A DNA stretch of 61,927 bases, filler included, from Nemertoderma westbladi (Eukaryota; Animalia; Xenacoelomorpha): assembly GCA_032718475.1 (NCBI GenBank). It is 3 parts of 3 records of this genome, joined end to end, with 100 filler letters (N's around TTAATTAATTAA, not from the genome) between each part and the next. Parts side by side here need not be neighbours in the genome. Positions count along the whole stretch, not along the records: positions 19,378 to 41,976 come from JAUCBJ010008952.1; positions 42,077 to 61,927 come from JAUCBJ010002953.1; 1 more part is not named here. One strand, given 5' to 3'. The position numbers and the translations under genes are program-made. Within the stretch, counting starts at the first letter, position 1, and every line of letters begins with the position of its first letter. The notes beneath the pieces were generated by a model that was given only the letters and a program-made list of their open reading frames with translations, did no database searches and was not told the DNA's origin. Positions 34,927 to 48,000 of this stretch are shown piece by piece.

Positions 34927-35571
34927 CTATTTCCTGTGAGAGTCCAATTGCCTTGGTAGTCGGCTTCTCCTGTATCTCGCAGTGACGTGAAGAGTCATTG
35001 GAGCCCTTTCGTTATCCATGAAAATATCGACAGCCAGGTTATTTTCATCGATAAGTCGAATCTCTTTTCTGAGAGCCTTGACTTTGGGACCTCCGATGAA
35101 TGATGTGTAAGCAATAGCGCGCGGTTCAAGAATTAACTCCTTTGTTTCAGCACTATTTCTGGTGTCTCCCTCTGTAATCTCAACCAAGCCGAAATTTTGA
35201 CAACAGAAAAATGCACATTTCCCACTTCCCTTAGGATCTATCTTGATATATCCTCCCATAACATGGCCAGGTGCACCAGCCATCACACGCGGACCTGGGT
35301 TTACCCCCTCTGGGTATTCGAGAATTGAAATCGCCTTTGAACACTGTGAGTGGAACTCCATGATCCAAGGAGTTCCTTCGTTCCAAAACTCCATGTTCTC
35401 GTGGTACTCGAAGTCTCCTTCTTTCATTGAGGGGCAATTCCCAGTGTTTGGCGTTCCGGACACGGTCTCCCACTTACCGACAAGCCAAGCAAGCGGCTCT
35501 AGGGTTGGATGAAGCTTTGTTGGGATTATCCAGGGCTTCTCCAAATTGTCCGATGATGTAGTATTTCCCAT
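34927..35571 (-). CDS. Nitrobindin / THAP4 C-terminal-like heme-binding beta-barrel protein (peroxynitrite isomerase family), intronless, 214 aa
   Basis: LHPTLEPLAWLVGKW, FEYHENMEF..GTP, GLVEITEG, and a C-terminal MDNERAPMTLHVTARYRR carrying the heme-ligand His position. No THAP domain. Confidence 0.8.
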   Translation of the reverse strand: MGNTTSSDNLEKPWIIPTKLHPTLEPLAWLVGKWETVSGTPNTGNCPSMKEGDFEYHENMEFWNEGTPWIMEFHSQCSKAISILEYPEGVNPGPRVMAGAPGHVMGGYIKIDPKGSGKCAFFCCQNFGLVEITEGDTRNSAETKELILEPRAIAYTSFIGGPKVKALRKEIRLIDENNLAVDIFMDNERAPMTLHVTARYRRSRLPRQLDSHRK

Positions 35572-35719
35572 TGCTATTAATTAATTTATCAACCAATATT
35601 AATTTTATAAATTAAGTTATGATTAAAACTATAAACTACTCCAGCATACGTCCTGGAATATAGTGTCGTTATTCGAGTAACTACCCCCCCCCCCCCCCCC
35701 CCCCCCCAATTTTTCTACG

Positions 35720-35960
35720 ATTTCTAAGATAGCGCCTTTCTAATGAATTTCATTAAAAAGGCGCTATCTCTAAAACTGTATAAGAATAACTAAGATAGCG
35801 CCTTTCTAGAGAATTCATTAAAAAGGAGCTATCTCAGAAACTGTATAGAGATAGCATACTTCTAATAAATTCATTAGAAAGGCGCTATCTTAGGATACCA
35901 TATATAAGTTCTAAGATAGAGCCTTTTTAATGAATTCGTTAATAAGGAGCTATCTTGGAA
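35720..35960. repeat. Direct/inverted cluster of AGATAGCGCCTTTCTAATGAATT motifs
   Basis: Alternating-orientation copies next to a Transib-like TIR copy at ~35646. Confidence 0.7.
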
Positions 35961-36477
35961 TTCGTCAATATTCTAATTTCAATCAAAGTTTTATTGAATT
36001 TTCTGCATTCTTTTAAATCAAATATGCTTTAAATGTGAATAAATGTTTTATAACAACCCATCCAAAATCAAAAATTATATCATCTGATGCTGAATTTTAT
36101 AGACTTTCACATGAAATGAATAACTCAATTTTTTCAAAAATTTGAGATAGAGCCTTTTTATTGCCACATGACGGTTGTTCATCCAATCTAATTAACTACA
36201 TCTTTATTCATATTATTTCCTAGCTATTCATACATAAACAAATGTTCCAGAATATGGAGAATTTATTAAATAGAATTCAATAGCCTCGCAGAGATGCAAA
36301 ACATGCAACCGAACGCTCATATCTCAGCTATTTTTTCAACGAAGTTAAGATTGTGTTACATATTTGGAATCCTTGTATGCTCAGCTATCCCATCCTATAT
36401 GCTAAGATATCCCAACCCTGCAACCGAAAGACCGGAGGGACAAGATATCCCAACCCTGTAACCGATAGTCTGATAAC

Positions 36478-36728
36478 TTGGACAGGGCAGGATCTAGATA
36501 TGCACCTGAACAACCATCGTCATAATATTGGCGAATAAGTGTAATAAGGTTTCAACCCTTGAAGAAGATTTTATAGACCACTTCCTGACGGTAAAAGAGA
36601 ACTTATCAGCTACTGCCGTCAAACAGTTTCGGAACCATACACGTAGTATAGCGGCTAACACTGAACAAAAGTTCACCCACCTCTATAATAAGGAGTATAA
36701 GTCTCGCCCTACGACTTTATTTTATTGA
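36478..36728 (+). pseudogene. Degenerate GIY-YIG endonuclease fragment of a Penelope-like retroelement
   Basis: TGQDLDMHLNNHRHNI, then after a frameshift FIDHF...AANTEQKF, resembling the PLE T..L..R..HR..I / HF / E pattern. Confidence 0.4.
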
Positions 36729-37075
36729 ACTTGATTATTTTCTAATATGTGACGCAATATGTGATTGTTATTACAGTATTTTTCCACTGCCCTTACTGTC
36801 TGGCCGTCTCTGGCCTCGTGCTTAACTATAACTATGCATAATAATTATGTTCTATGTTTTATTGATAAAGTAATTATGAATATGTAGTAAATATGTTTTA
36901 AAATCATTATATAGTTTTGTTTTCACAATATTTTTAAATATTCCCTGAAAAGTCCCAAGGTGTGAATTATTTAAGTATACATACACATATAGTGAGATGA
37001 ACTGATTTGAATTAATTAGCCTAGGTGATGCACAACATTAACAAAATATCAGAAACTGGTGGCTTATTATAACAA

Positions 37076-37315
37076 CTCCATTGGTAAGTCGTAAGACAAC
37101 CCATGAGTCGAAAGTGATTATGTCCCATGTCCCATGGCAGCAATGAGTCCAGTGATTGGTTTGTTACTTTGTGTATAAATGTGTATTAATGTGAGCGCAT
37201 CATATATATTTTAACAAAAGACTTATGACTTCTGTCGTTCCAGTTGAGCACGTGAGCTGTAACATTGACATACGGACACAGGCAAAATCTGATGACTTAT
37301 GACTTACCAATGGAG
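37076..37315. mobile_element. MITE with ~20-bp TIRs
   Basis: CTCCATTGGTAAGTC(G/A)TAAG at both ends, inverted. No clear TSD. Confidence 0.7.
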
Positions 37316-37789
37316 CATGGGCCTAACCCACCCCAATTTATATTATACAGTATTTTAATTTGGGGGAAATACCAATACTCCACACTTAATTAAGTAATCT
37401 TCTTTACCAGGCCCCAACCATATGTAACGCAATTCCAAATGACGTCATAAGATAGAAACTCATTTTCTACGGCCTATAAACAACACATTCTCAATCCTCT
37501 TTAGCTTCTTATCTTCCAAAACTTAACCTACAATTCCACACAAAACAAACTTTTTACGAAGCTGGACCTTATCGCCCATGGAACTTTATCGCCCCTATAA
37601 ATTGTAATTAATAAGCCCTTCAACTGATATGAGATATAACCCGTTTTACCAATCTATATGATGGCAATGACAATAATCGTAACCAGAATTGTATAATCCC
37701 AATGGTTATGTCAATTGTCAACGGGAAGACACCGGTTTCTCCATAGACTATAAAATCTGGCGTTGAATTTTTCACACCTAAGACATTTT

Positions 37790-38700
37790 TTAGAAATTTC
37801 AGCTGTAGTTTTTATGTGTCCCTCCCTTTTGTGAATCCCCATACCTCAGATCCATACAGCAGAATAGGTTAGGAATAGGATAGGAAAGCTATAAGGAAAG
37901 CCTTTGTTTGTATAAATTGGAATTAAGTCCGCAAGTGCCCATTGTGAGGGAAAAATTCCAGAATATAACACAGCTTTAAAAAGCGCAGTAATTATTGGAG
38001 ACAAATGTTCACAGCCCAAAATACAAATATTTGTGTCGAGTTAATCAGGCCCCGCCGCTTTTCCGCGTTTTAATCTATTGATAGCATTATTGATCTCAGC
38101 CTCACAAAACGGTTCGCTTAGAAAATTTTCGAATATTTCTCTGATGTGATTTACATTCGAATTTTCAGGCGTGATGTAACCAATATCCGTGAACTCAAAC
38201 TCACTTGTAATATTTAGTTTGCGAAAATGGTTTTCTAATTTGTTCACACAAATGTTACTTGTGTTTAGGTGTTACTGTTGTTGTTACTTGTATTTCCAGC
38301 AGCGGTCTTTAACAACTTCCAAAACGTTTTGCAGTCACAACTTTTAAGTGAAAGAAGCTTATTGGACTGCTTCAATTTGTACCCATACTTAGCCCTCCGC
38401 AATGAATTTGAGTACGCACTGCGGGATTTAACTAGGATAATGTGGTCATCCGGAGAAGATGAATTTTTCCACCTGTTCAGAGCTCTACGAAAAATATACT
38501 TATTATCTGCACACTCTGGGGTATACCATGGTTGTGAAAAAATCTTTTTGTGATCGGATACATCAACTGAATTTTGTTTGGTCTCATAACTATATGTAGC
38601 ATCAAGGAAGACTTTGTTAAAATCATCAACTATCGTGTCAATATTTGATTGAGTGAATTTGGTCAACAATTGAATCTATGATCAGAATCGATATTATTTT
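37790..38700 (-). mobile_element. Degenerate, internally deleted CR1/L2-group LINE ORF2 fragments
   Basis: QPWYTPEC, KTFWKLLK, EINNAINRLKRGKAAGPD and ILLYGSEVWGF. Confidence 0.8.
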
Positions 38701-39845
38701 TGAATTTGATATTATTTTATTGTAGCCTCCTGATCACCGACAATATGAAATAATTATTCTAAACCTGAGTAACATTTCGCACTTTTCCTTGTCGGTCGCT
38801 GGTACCTGAATAACGACACTATATTCCAGGACATAGTGTAAAATAATGTCACCACAAAAATATTATTCGTCTCCAAATAAAATACTGTCTCACAATCACC
38901 ATAACAAATTTTTCAGACCAAATTAATGATAAAACACCCTAAATAAATTCAACATCAACCAAAATAAATAGGCCTACTTATTCCGAAAAAATAATTACAT
39001 ATTCCAAAAATAAATAAACAATTCCCAAAAATTAATAATACAATTAAATAGACCAAATATAACGTTGGCATTTATTAAATGACTACCCACAAAACGCAAA
39101 TCTATCCGCCTTTGTGAAAATCATGTTTAAAGTAAGAATTAATGGAAAAGTGCTGATTACTGGGGCCGGCTATTCTAATCAAAACAATAAACAATAATAT
39201 GCTTGACAGTGTAAAGTATCAATTTAAAGTAAATCTATATCTCTATTCTTTGTTATGGAATGCATGAGCTGACATTAAAAATACACGTATTAACACGATA
39301 AAATGATAAACACATGCTAAATATATAACAAAACAGTAATTATTTTAAAATTTAATTACAATGCTATGAGATAAACAATATAATTACATATAGATTGTAG
39401 ATTGAGTTACAAAGGATGCATTACATACAAGTACATTCTTCAATCTACTTTAAGTTGCTATCCGTATTGATTTACAACTTGTAAAACATTCAATGGTTGG
39501 TTATACTGTACAATAGGAGTATAGTATAATCTCTTCTGTATACATCCGTCGAGGAAGGGTTTGTTAGAAATTGATGTCACCAACCATGGATTCCGGACCG
39601 AGATGCACCATGAGATGCACCATCAGTGAGCAAAAATTACTTTGCATCATCAGCAAATTGAATAACCACTGTCCATCCAGGCCTGTTGTAAGAAATTAAA
39701 CAACTTGGATGTCACCATTGAGTCCTGCACAGAGGCGCCCTTCGATACTAATGAAAGGGTTCTACTTATTTCTTCCTTATCATATTCTACTAGGGTAGAT
39801 ACCGGTTGTATATTAATTAGTAGATATTTGAGGTGAAAAAATGTT

Positions 39846-40860
39846 GGGTATAACTTTTCGCCGTATCCGTATCCATCCGCATTCGCCGTATCCGTATGCA
39901 CATACGCGTATGTAATGGATTCCTATGGAGAATAATCCGTATGTGATTTTAGAGATTAGGCATTGCGGACCAGTAAGAAGAGAACATCACACATGCAGAC
40001 TGAAGACAAGTAGGCCTACTTAAAGCTAAGTGATTTAAAGAGTGTGGCTGCTGCTACCTTTTGTCAAATAAATAATGCAGGACAGGTCCGTGTCGAGTGA
40101 CAGCTGGTGTCCGCCAGCCCCGGGTTGCGCCAGCAGTGCAGTACCTAAACATAACTCTTCTTGGCACCGCTTGGAAATCTAACCAACCGTGATTTATTTT
40201 TGAACTGTTTTTCCACAAACCTGGCTATAGAATGTTGTTGGTTGCTACCTGGCTACAGTATATGGCACTAAAATAGTATAGACTGATAGAAGCAGCAATG
40301 AGAATGCTAAGGGAATAAACATTCGCACAGATATTAAAAACCGCCGTGTCAGTTTGTCCTTCTTTGTGAATTTATTAACATATAATACCTTTACTTTCGC
40401 TGTTTCGGGGCCAGTATTTAGTTAACCATATGCAACCAAGAGCCAACAAGTCCAACCTAGTGCCAGTTAGTCAACCGGGTGCCAGTAATTAATCTAAGTC
40501 CAACCGGGCGGGCCAGTGTCATTGTACACTGTGATCAGTGTACAATAAAACAAGCGCTGTGGCGCATCCCGGGGCTGAAGGACATCATCTGTCACTCATC
40601 CTGGACCTACAATGTTTATTTGCCTTGCCATTAGGTAGCGGCAGCCACACTCTTTAAATCACTTAGCTTTAAGTAGGCCTACCTGTCTTCAGTCTGCATG
40701 TGTGCTGTGCACTTCTTACTGGTCCGCAATGCCAATCATTAAAATAACATACGGATTATTCTCCATAGGAATCCATTACATACGCACATACGCGTATGTG
40801 CAATGTACATACGGATACGGCAAATGCATACGGATACGGATACGGCGAAAAGTTATACCC
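39846..40860. mobile_element. Mutator-like non-autonomous element with ~300-bp TIRs
   Basis: GGGTATAACTTTTCGCCGTATCCGTATCC... inverted at 40860. 9-bp TSD AAAAATGTT at 39837-39845 and 40861-40869. Confidence 0.92.
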
Positions 40861-41975
40861 AAAAATGTTGGTGTGAGATTAGGAGCTGCACTTAATGAAA
40901 TTTCAATCAGGTTGTTATTGTAAATCAGATTGCAATACCATTTTTGAAAAATAGACTTTAACTTAAAATTGTTGGTTTGGTTGTATGTCTCAAAGGGTCA
41001 CTGTAAAACGTGGTAACTTGGTTATATCGTCGTCCAGGATACTTTGGTCGCGTCAATTTAAATATTGTTTGCTAGCGAATATTTATAAGGAAAATAAACA
41101 AACATTTAGTATTTCATCGTGATAACACTTTAAAATAGAATTAACCACAATGACCTCATATTGGGGTAAGGGTCTCGTTCACTCACCAAATTTTTACCAG
41201 CCGTGCTACACCAGTTTTAATCAAATCTATTAATTAATTCTTTTACATGCAAACATGGGGTAATGGGGGGGGGGGGGGGGGGGGGGGGGGTATGTTTGCC
41301 CAATTTATTTCTTCCCGCGTGTAATACAATATATATAAGGACAATTGCATGCGAGATCACGAACTGTTGGGATGTTGCATGCATTGATGTAAGTAAGGTC
41401 TTACCTTCACCGTCCATTTGTAAACACGGTTTGAGACAATGCATTGAGAGTAGGCACTATACTAGGCGCCAGCATGTCCGCTGTAGTGTAGGTATGTGAT
41501 GGATGCACCTGTGACATGTAATGCATTAATGCATAGGGATATATGTATGTATCCTGATCATAGGAATGAAAGAAATTACCCATGGTTTTGTCATAATTAT
41601 ATTTCTTATGTCCGATATACAACAATCATGCAATAAAGTAAATCAGCTGACATCATGAATACTGATGTATGACGTTAGGTTCAGAAGCTTCGGAAAGATG
41701 GGGCTAACTATGGGGGGGTGGGGGGGGGGGGGGGGGGTACCCACCTAAGTACTGCATAGGCCTACTCTCTTACCCACTCCCTCTAGGCGAGTTTGTTATT
41801 CAACCTTGGAATTATAATCCGGTTTTGTATTATTCACATGGAAGCTACTGTAACAATCAGAGTGCAACAGCTTATACTGCATTTCTGATGTAAGATAGCT
41901 AGCTGGTTGTTAAAGATGAACTCTCCGCCGCTCCCATGTACATGGTGAAGTCCATTATACTGAGAGTTCAATTTC

Positions 41976-42076
41976 ANNNNNNNNNNNNNNNNNNNNNNNN
42001 NNNNNNNNNNNNNNNNNNNNTTAATTAATTAANNNNNNNNNNNNNNNNNNNNNNNNNNNNNNNNNNNNNNNNNNNN
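41976..42076. other. Assembly gap with synthetic TTAATTAATTAA spacer
   Basis: N runs plus linker. Confidence 0.97.
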
Positions 42077-43316
42077 CGATCAGAGTGGAGTCCTAAAGAC
42101 CAAAATTCACTTTGGATGTCGTCGAGTTTTTCATTAATATTACTGTGATAGATATTAAACTCTGTTGTGAGTGGAAGATTTAACTTGTCCACCAATTCCA
42201 GTGTCAACGGAGGTTCCTGAGCCAATGCGTAGACTAGGCGATTTTTACTAAATTTTGAAACTGATAGAGTCTTCTTCAGATAGACTGTTTTAATTTTATC
42301 TAAAGTTTCCATATCACTGGATTTCAAATGGGGCCATATTACTCGTAAACCATATGTTATGACCGGCACAATCTTAATAGAAAATAAGCGCATAGCTGTC
42401 GATACTGACAATAAGTGCGGATCGTGTATGGAATGGATTGCTTTTAAACACTTACAAGTGACTGCAACACAATGTTTGGTAAACGATAGGGACGGTTGAA
42501 AAATCATTCCAAGATACTTGTAGTTATTTACTATTTTGACTAGTTTTCCATTTAAGTAAAATTTATCGTTTAGACACAACTTCCCACCTCGTCGAAACTT
42601 CATAATAGCAGTTTTATCCAAATTAACTTCAAGACCATTTGCTTGTGTCCAATCCCAAAGGGCGTCTAATGCGGCTTGAATTTCTTCTCTAGTATGGGCG
42701 TAAAATAAAAGGTCATCAGCAAACAGCAATATTACAACTTCGCCTATTTTCCGTACTGCTTCTCTAACAAAACCAACAATATCAGAAATGAAAATCACAA
42801 ACAATAAAGGACTGAGACATTCACCCTGTGCCAATCCCCGTATCTGGGCTATAATCTTAGATAACCGCAGTCCATCATATATTCTAATAAAATTTGTTGA
42901 CAAAATGGCTTTAATTATTCTGTAGAGGCTTCCACGAATATTGAAATGATAATAGAGCTTGTACAGAAGTAACTTACGCGGTACACTGTCAAAAGCTTTA
43001 CGAAAGTCAACGTAAACTGCATACAATGGTGATCTTGGTCGAGACAGTTTAGATTGAATATCTTTAATGAACTTGGTTAATGCCATTATAGTGGACTTGC
43101 CGGGCATAAATCCATATTGTTCTGATGGGAGCTTATTAGACACTCGTAAACGCAAACGCTTCTCTACTAAACTGGTGAATATCTTAAACATATTGTACAA
43201 AAGTGCAATTCCACGATAGCAATCAGGATCCGATCTTGAGCCTTTGTTTTTATATAATACCTTAATTACACTGTTCTTCCATTTATTTACTAGGGTACCT
43301 GTTTGTAAACAGACTG
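42077..43316 (-). mobile_element. CR1/L2-group LINE reverse transcriptase, open frame, 5' end cut by a MITE and 3' end in the gap
   Basis: YRGIALL, QYGFMPGKST, VDFRKAFDSV, GLAQGECLSPLLF, LFADDL and YKYLG in one uninterrupted frame. Confidence 0.93.
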
Positions 43317-43488
43317 CAGGACATTTATGCTATTAAATAAATACACAATGTTCTAGAACATTTTGATTATGTATGAATATCCGTATACTAGTATTATCAT
43401 GTAAGCATTGCATTGTTGCCAAGCTACTTATGAGATAAACAACATATTCTAGAACATTGTGTATTTATTTAATAGAATAAATGGCCTG
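43317..43488. mobile_element. Fold-back MITE (same family as 18767-18934)
   Basis: CAGGACATTTATGCTATTAAATAAATACACAATGTTCTAGAA with an inverted copy ending ATAAATGGCCTG. Confidence 0.8.
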
Positions 43489-43565
43489 TATGAGGCGCCG
43501 TTAACGCCAAAAGGTCAGCAATAATATTAAAGGTTTTAAAAATAATATTAGAGAATTTCAAAACA

Positions 43566-43765
43566 AATTTTCGGCCGAAATTTCGGCCGAAATATTTTGT
43601 TACATTTTTTCAGCTCTTTAATTTGATGTCATTTTCGGCCGAAATTTCGACTGAATTTTCGGCCGAAATATAATATTACATTTTTTCAGCTCTTCAATTT
43701 GATGTCATTTTCGGCCGAAATTTCGACTGAATTTTCGGCCGAAATATATTATTACATTTTTTCTG
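43566..43765. repeat. Tandem repeat built from the palindrome TTTCGGCCGAAA
   Basis: Six TTTCGGCCGAAA copies arranged in about three larger units. Confidence 0.85.
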
Positions 43766-44053
43766 CTGTAGTCTGCAGCTGTAGTCCAGTCTGCCAGTAG
43801 TCTGACCGTGCCGTGGACGCCACGCCAGTCTGTAGGCAACTGCTGAACTGCAGTACAGCACTACTGGCACTTGGGTCCGTTCACGTTTGCCAGTCCTGCA
43901 GTCTGCACGTCAATCAAAGTACAGAACCGCAGAAATAGTCAAAGTACAGAAGTATTATAGTACAAGTACACCTGTTCACCTGTACACAGCCAGACAGGCT
44001 GCTGAGCTGTAGTTCAGTAGTTGTTTGTAGTAGAGTTGGGAGCTACTGCTAGC

Positions 44054-45004
44054 CAGGGATGGTTAAAACCTAATTTAAAAAAAAACAAAATTAGGTTTTT
44101 TCTTTAATTGAATAAAACCTTATAAAACCTAATAAAACCTAATAAAACCTAAAAAAACCTAATAAAACCTAAATTTTCATACAAAAATTAAGAAATTTTT
44201 CGAGAACCAATGACTTAATTGCTGTTTTGAAGGTTGTAACACCCACTAAATCGACCATTGCGGTTTCATTGCGCCTATTCTCAAGTCTGTGAAGCAATTG
44301 CAAGTATGACTTATTAACTTATAATAATCTCACCAAACTATGGCAAAACTATCGTACACGTACAGTACTGCGTACTGCAGTTAGCCCCAAGACGTTACAG
44401 AAGGGTGTTTTTATTCTTTTTATGGGTGTAACTCGAAAAATCAACCCTCATTACCGATGGAATAAAAACTTTCACCGCCGGGATTACATTTTTTAAAAAC
44501 ATTTTAAGTGATTACATTTGCAAATTAGCTGAAATACTAGCAGGAATTTATTAGACTGTTAGATGTATTAAATTACCGCTATAGGCCTATGTCATAATTA
44601 TTATACAATGGAATACCAGTAATGGATTCCAATTCCATATTTATCAGTATTTCCAAACCAACTCCAAAAGTTGAATTTTAAAAAAAAGTTGAATTTTAAA
44701 CCCTTCTCCAAAAGTTGAATTTTAAAAAATAAAGTTTAAATTTCAACTCAGTTGTAAATAGAACTCCCCGACTGGATAATCTGCTAATGTCTAATCGAAC
44801 CGTCGTTGAAGGTCTAGCACTCTAGCACACAACGAAATGTGAGGTTTTTCCCCCATACCCAATAATTAGGCCAACGGATTGCACTCTCGTGGCAGACTGG
44901 AATAAAACCCAATAAAACCTAATAAAACCTAATAATTTTTACACTAGGTTTTTTATTAAAACCTAATGATAAAACCTAATATTAAAACCTAATTGCCATC
45001 CCTG
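44054..45004. mobile_element. hAT-type MITE immediately upstream of CTR9
   Basis: TIR CAGGGATGG. 8-bp TSD CTGCTAGC at 44046-44053 and 45005-45012. Subterminal ATAAAACCTA repeats. Confidence 0.92.
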
Positions 45005-45079
45005 CTGCTAGCGGAGCGGTACCCAACCCACACATACCAGCATACCACTATCCAATCCATCAGTCCATGCACCAGCACC

Positions 45080-48000
45080 ATGGCTTCGGGAACTATAGAG
45101 ATCCCGTTGAGGGATACGGATGAGGTGATCGAACTTGACTTCGACCAGCTCCCGGAAGGCGACGAGGTTCTCAGTATTCTTCGTCAAGAGAATGCGGCCC
45201 TCTACATCTGGATAGCCCTCGCCCTCGAATATTACAAACAGGTAGGTCAGTAGCACAGTAGGTAGCCTACCATACTGCATACTGCCATTGCGTGTAATAT
45301 CTAATCTACCGTCTGACCGTGCTGCCGAGTACCTAGTCCCTTGCCCCCCCCCCCCCCCCCCCCCCACGTCCGTGTGTCCGTACCGCTTATATTTAATTCC
45401 GGTACATAACACTGGAACAGCAACTGGATTGAAGATTTAACCATGAGCCAGGGCCACGCACCACGCCACGGCACGCGGAAAAGTGTAACAACTTAAATTA
45501 ACAAAGTGAAAATACATTTCAGCAGTTGCTCCTTCCTTACGCTCGTATTTTTGAACCTACCCTACATCCTCATCCTACAGGCTGGCAGGCTAAACAACAC
45601 AATCCTATAGGCTGGCAGGCTACACAACACTCAGAGAGACACATCTTGCAGTCTTGTCCAAATAATCCATGTAATCAGGTGTGTTTGTTTCACTTCACCG
45701 CGATTAACAATACCGGTACCATTTGTATTACAGGAAAAATTAGACGACTTCGTGAAACTGCTGGAAGCGTCCCGAACTGACGCCAACATCGACTACCCGA
45801 AGGACAGCGAGTACGTGTCCACGGTTGACCAGATGAAGTCCCTCGACATGTTGGCCGCGTTCTATGTGCAACGCGCGCGGAAAGAGAAGAACAAGGACGT
45901 GAAGAAGGAGTTGGTAGCGCAGGCCACCTCGCTCTACACACTCGCAGATAAGATCATTATGTACGACCAGAACCATCTGTTAGGCCGCGCCTGTTTCATA
46001 TTGCTGGAGGGCCCCGAGAAGGTGGAGCAGGCCGACGCCCAATTCAACTTCGTGCTAAACACCTGTCCGACTAGCATCCCCGGCCTTCTAGGTAAGGCAT
46101 GCATCTCCTTTAATAAACGCGATTACGTAACCGCGCTGACCTACTATAAGAAAGCCCTACGTTGCAACCCCCAGTGCCCGGCCTCGGTCCGTCTCGGGAT
46201 GGCTCAGTGTTTCTTCCGACTCGGGAAGCTCACCAAGGCCCGAGCCGCGTTCGAGCGCTGTCTGTCGTTGGACCCGAGCTGCGACGGGGCCCTAATCGGT
46301 CTCGCTATCCTAGAACTCAACGAGAAGACCCCGGAATCCGTTAGGAACGGCGTCCAACTCCTCTCCAAGGCCTACACCGTGGATTCCGCCAACCCCATGG
46401 TTCTCAACCACCTCGCCAACCATTTCTTCTTCAAGAAGGACTACAGCAAGGTTCAGCACCTCGCTTTGCACGCCTTCCACGGGACCGACAACGAGTTCAT
46501 GCAGGCGGAGAGTTGCTACCAGTTAGCGCGCTCCTTCCATGTACAGGTTAATAATTAATCTATTCATTTATTAAATACAATTAATACAATTTTTATTAAC
46601 TCAAAACTATAATGTAAATAGAAATTAAACGAATTTTCCACCATTTTGTTTGTACTGAATCTTTATTTAATTTAATTTAATTTTATTATTTTTTATATTT
46701 CTTTTTTTTTTACTTTTTTGGTACTAAATTAGTTGGCAACTTGCGTTATGGAGAATTTATTAATTTGTAAACGTAATAATATGATCATAGATAATTTTCT
46801 TCTTTTTTATTGAAGTTGAAGCGAATTTTGTAATAAGATTAAAAAATTAAATATGAATATTATAAACCGACGAAAAAAAAAACGATCCAGCAAGAACATC
46901 GCTAGTACGGCCATGAGAGACAACGTTTTACATTTGTTCACTAACATTATATTATGAGATAATTTATTTATTTCTTAACTAACATAATATGATTTAGTTT
47001 ATCTCTATTCTGCTACAATATTTATAATATAATATTAACTCAGGGCGATTACGACCAAGCCTTCCAGTACTACTACCAGTCTACTCAGTTCGCCTCCCCC
47101 TCCTTCGTACTGCCCTACTTCGGCCTTGGCCAGATGTACATCTACAAACAGGACAAAGAGATCGCGATCAGCTGCTTCGAGAAGGTCCTCAAAGCGCAAC
47201 CGGGAAACTACGAGACCATGAAGATCTTAGGATCGCTGTACGCCTCAAGTAAAAACAAACGGGACGTCGCCAAGACCCATCTGCGTCGGGTTGTCGACGA
47301 GTTCCCGGACGACGTGGAGGCCTGGATCGAGTTGGCGCAGATTCTGGAGGAGTCGGACATTCCGGGCTCATTGGCGGCCTACGGGACAGCCACTAGAATC
47401 CTCCGGGATAAAGTCCGAGTTGAGATCCCCCCTGAGATCCTAAACAATATCGGGGCCTTGAAGCAACGACTCGGGGAGGTGGAGGAGACTAAGGGTTACT
47501 ACGAGGCGGCATTGGAGCGGTGTCAACGCGAACAGCAGGATGAAGAGGACACCTACTACAAGGCGATCAGCGTCACCGTCAGTTACAACGTGGCCCGTCT
47601 GCGGGAGTCCGCCTGCGAGCGGGAGTCTGCGGAGACGCTGTATAAGAACATCCTGAGGAAACATCCCAACTACGTAGACTGCTACCTCCGGTTGGGGTGC
47701 GCCGCCAGGGATAGGGGCCAGATATACGAGGCCTCCGATTGGTTCAAAGAGGCCTTGCAAATCAACCAGGTCAGTATCATTGTAAATGTTTTAAAGTAGA
47801 AATGGAAATATTTAAGTATTATAAATTTGTATCAGTAGGTCCTTATCCTTAGAACTAAATTACTTCGTGTACTGCTCTAGTTCCTTGAAACTAAATCGCT
47901 AGTGACCTTTAAATTAATTTTCCACTACACCTTTCGAATTTATAATTAGCAAGTCGTAGGACTTGATTACTGTAAGAATTGTTGGCTGATTGACTGGCTG

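Noticed and set aside
39520-39830. Coding-like minus-strand stretch (EYDKEEISRTLSLV...)
   Set aside because: Short, stop-interrupted, and no recognisable family.
41405-41509. AG/GT-bounded minus-strand exon-like segment
   Set aside because: Contains an in-frame stop and no identifiable partner exons or homology.
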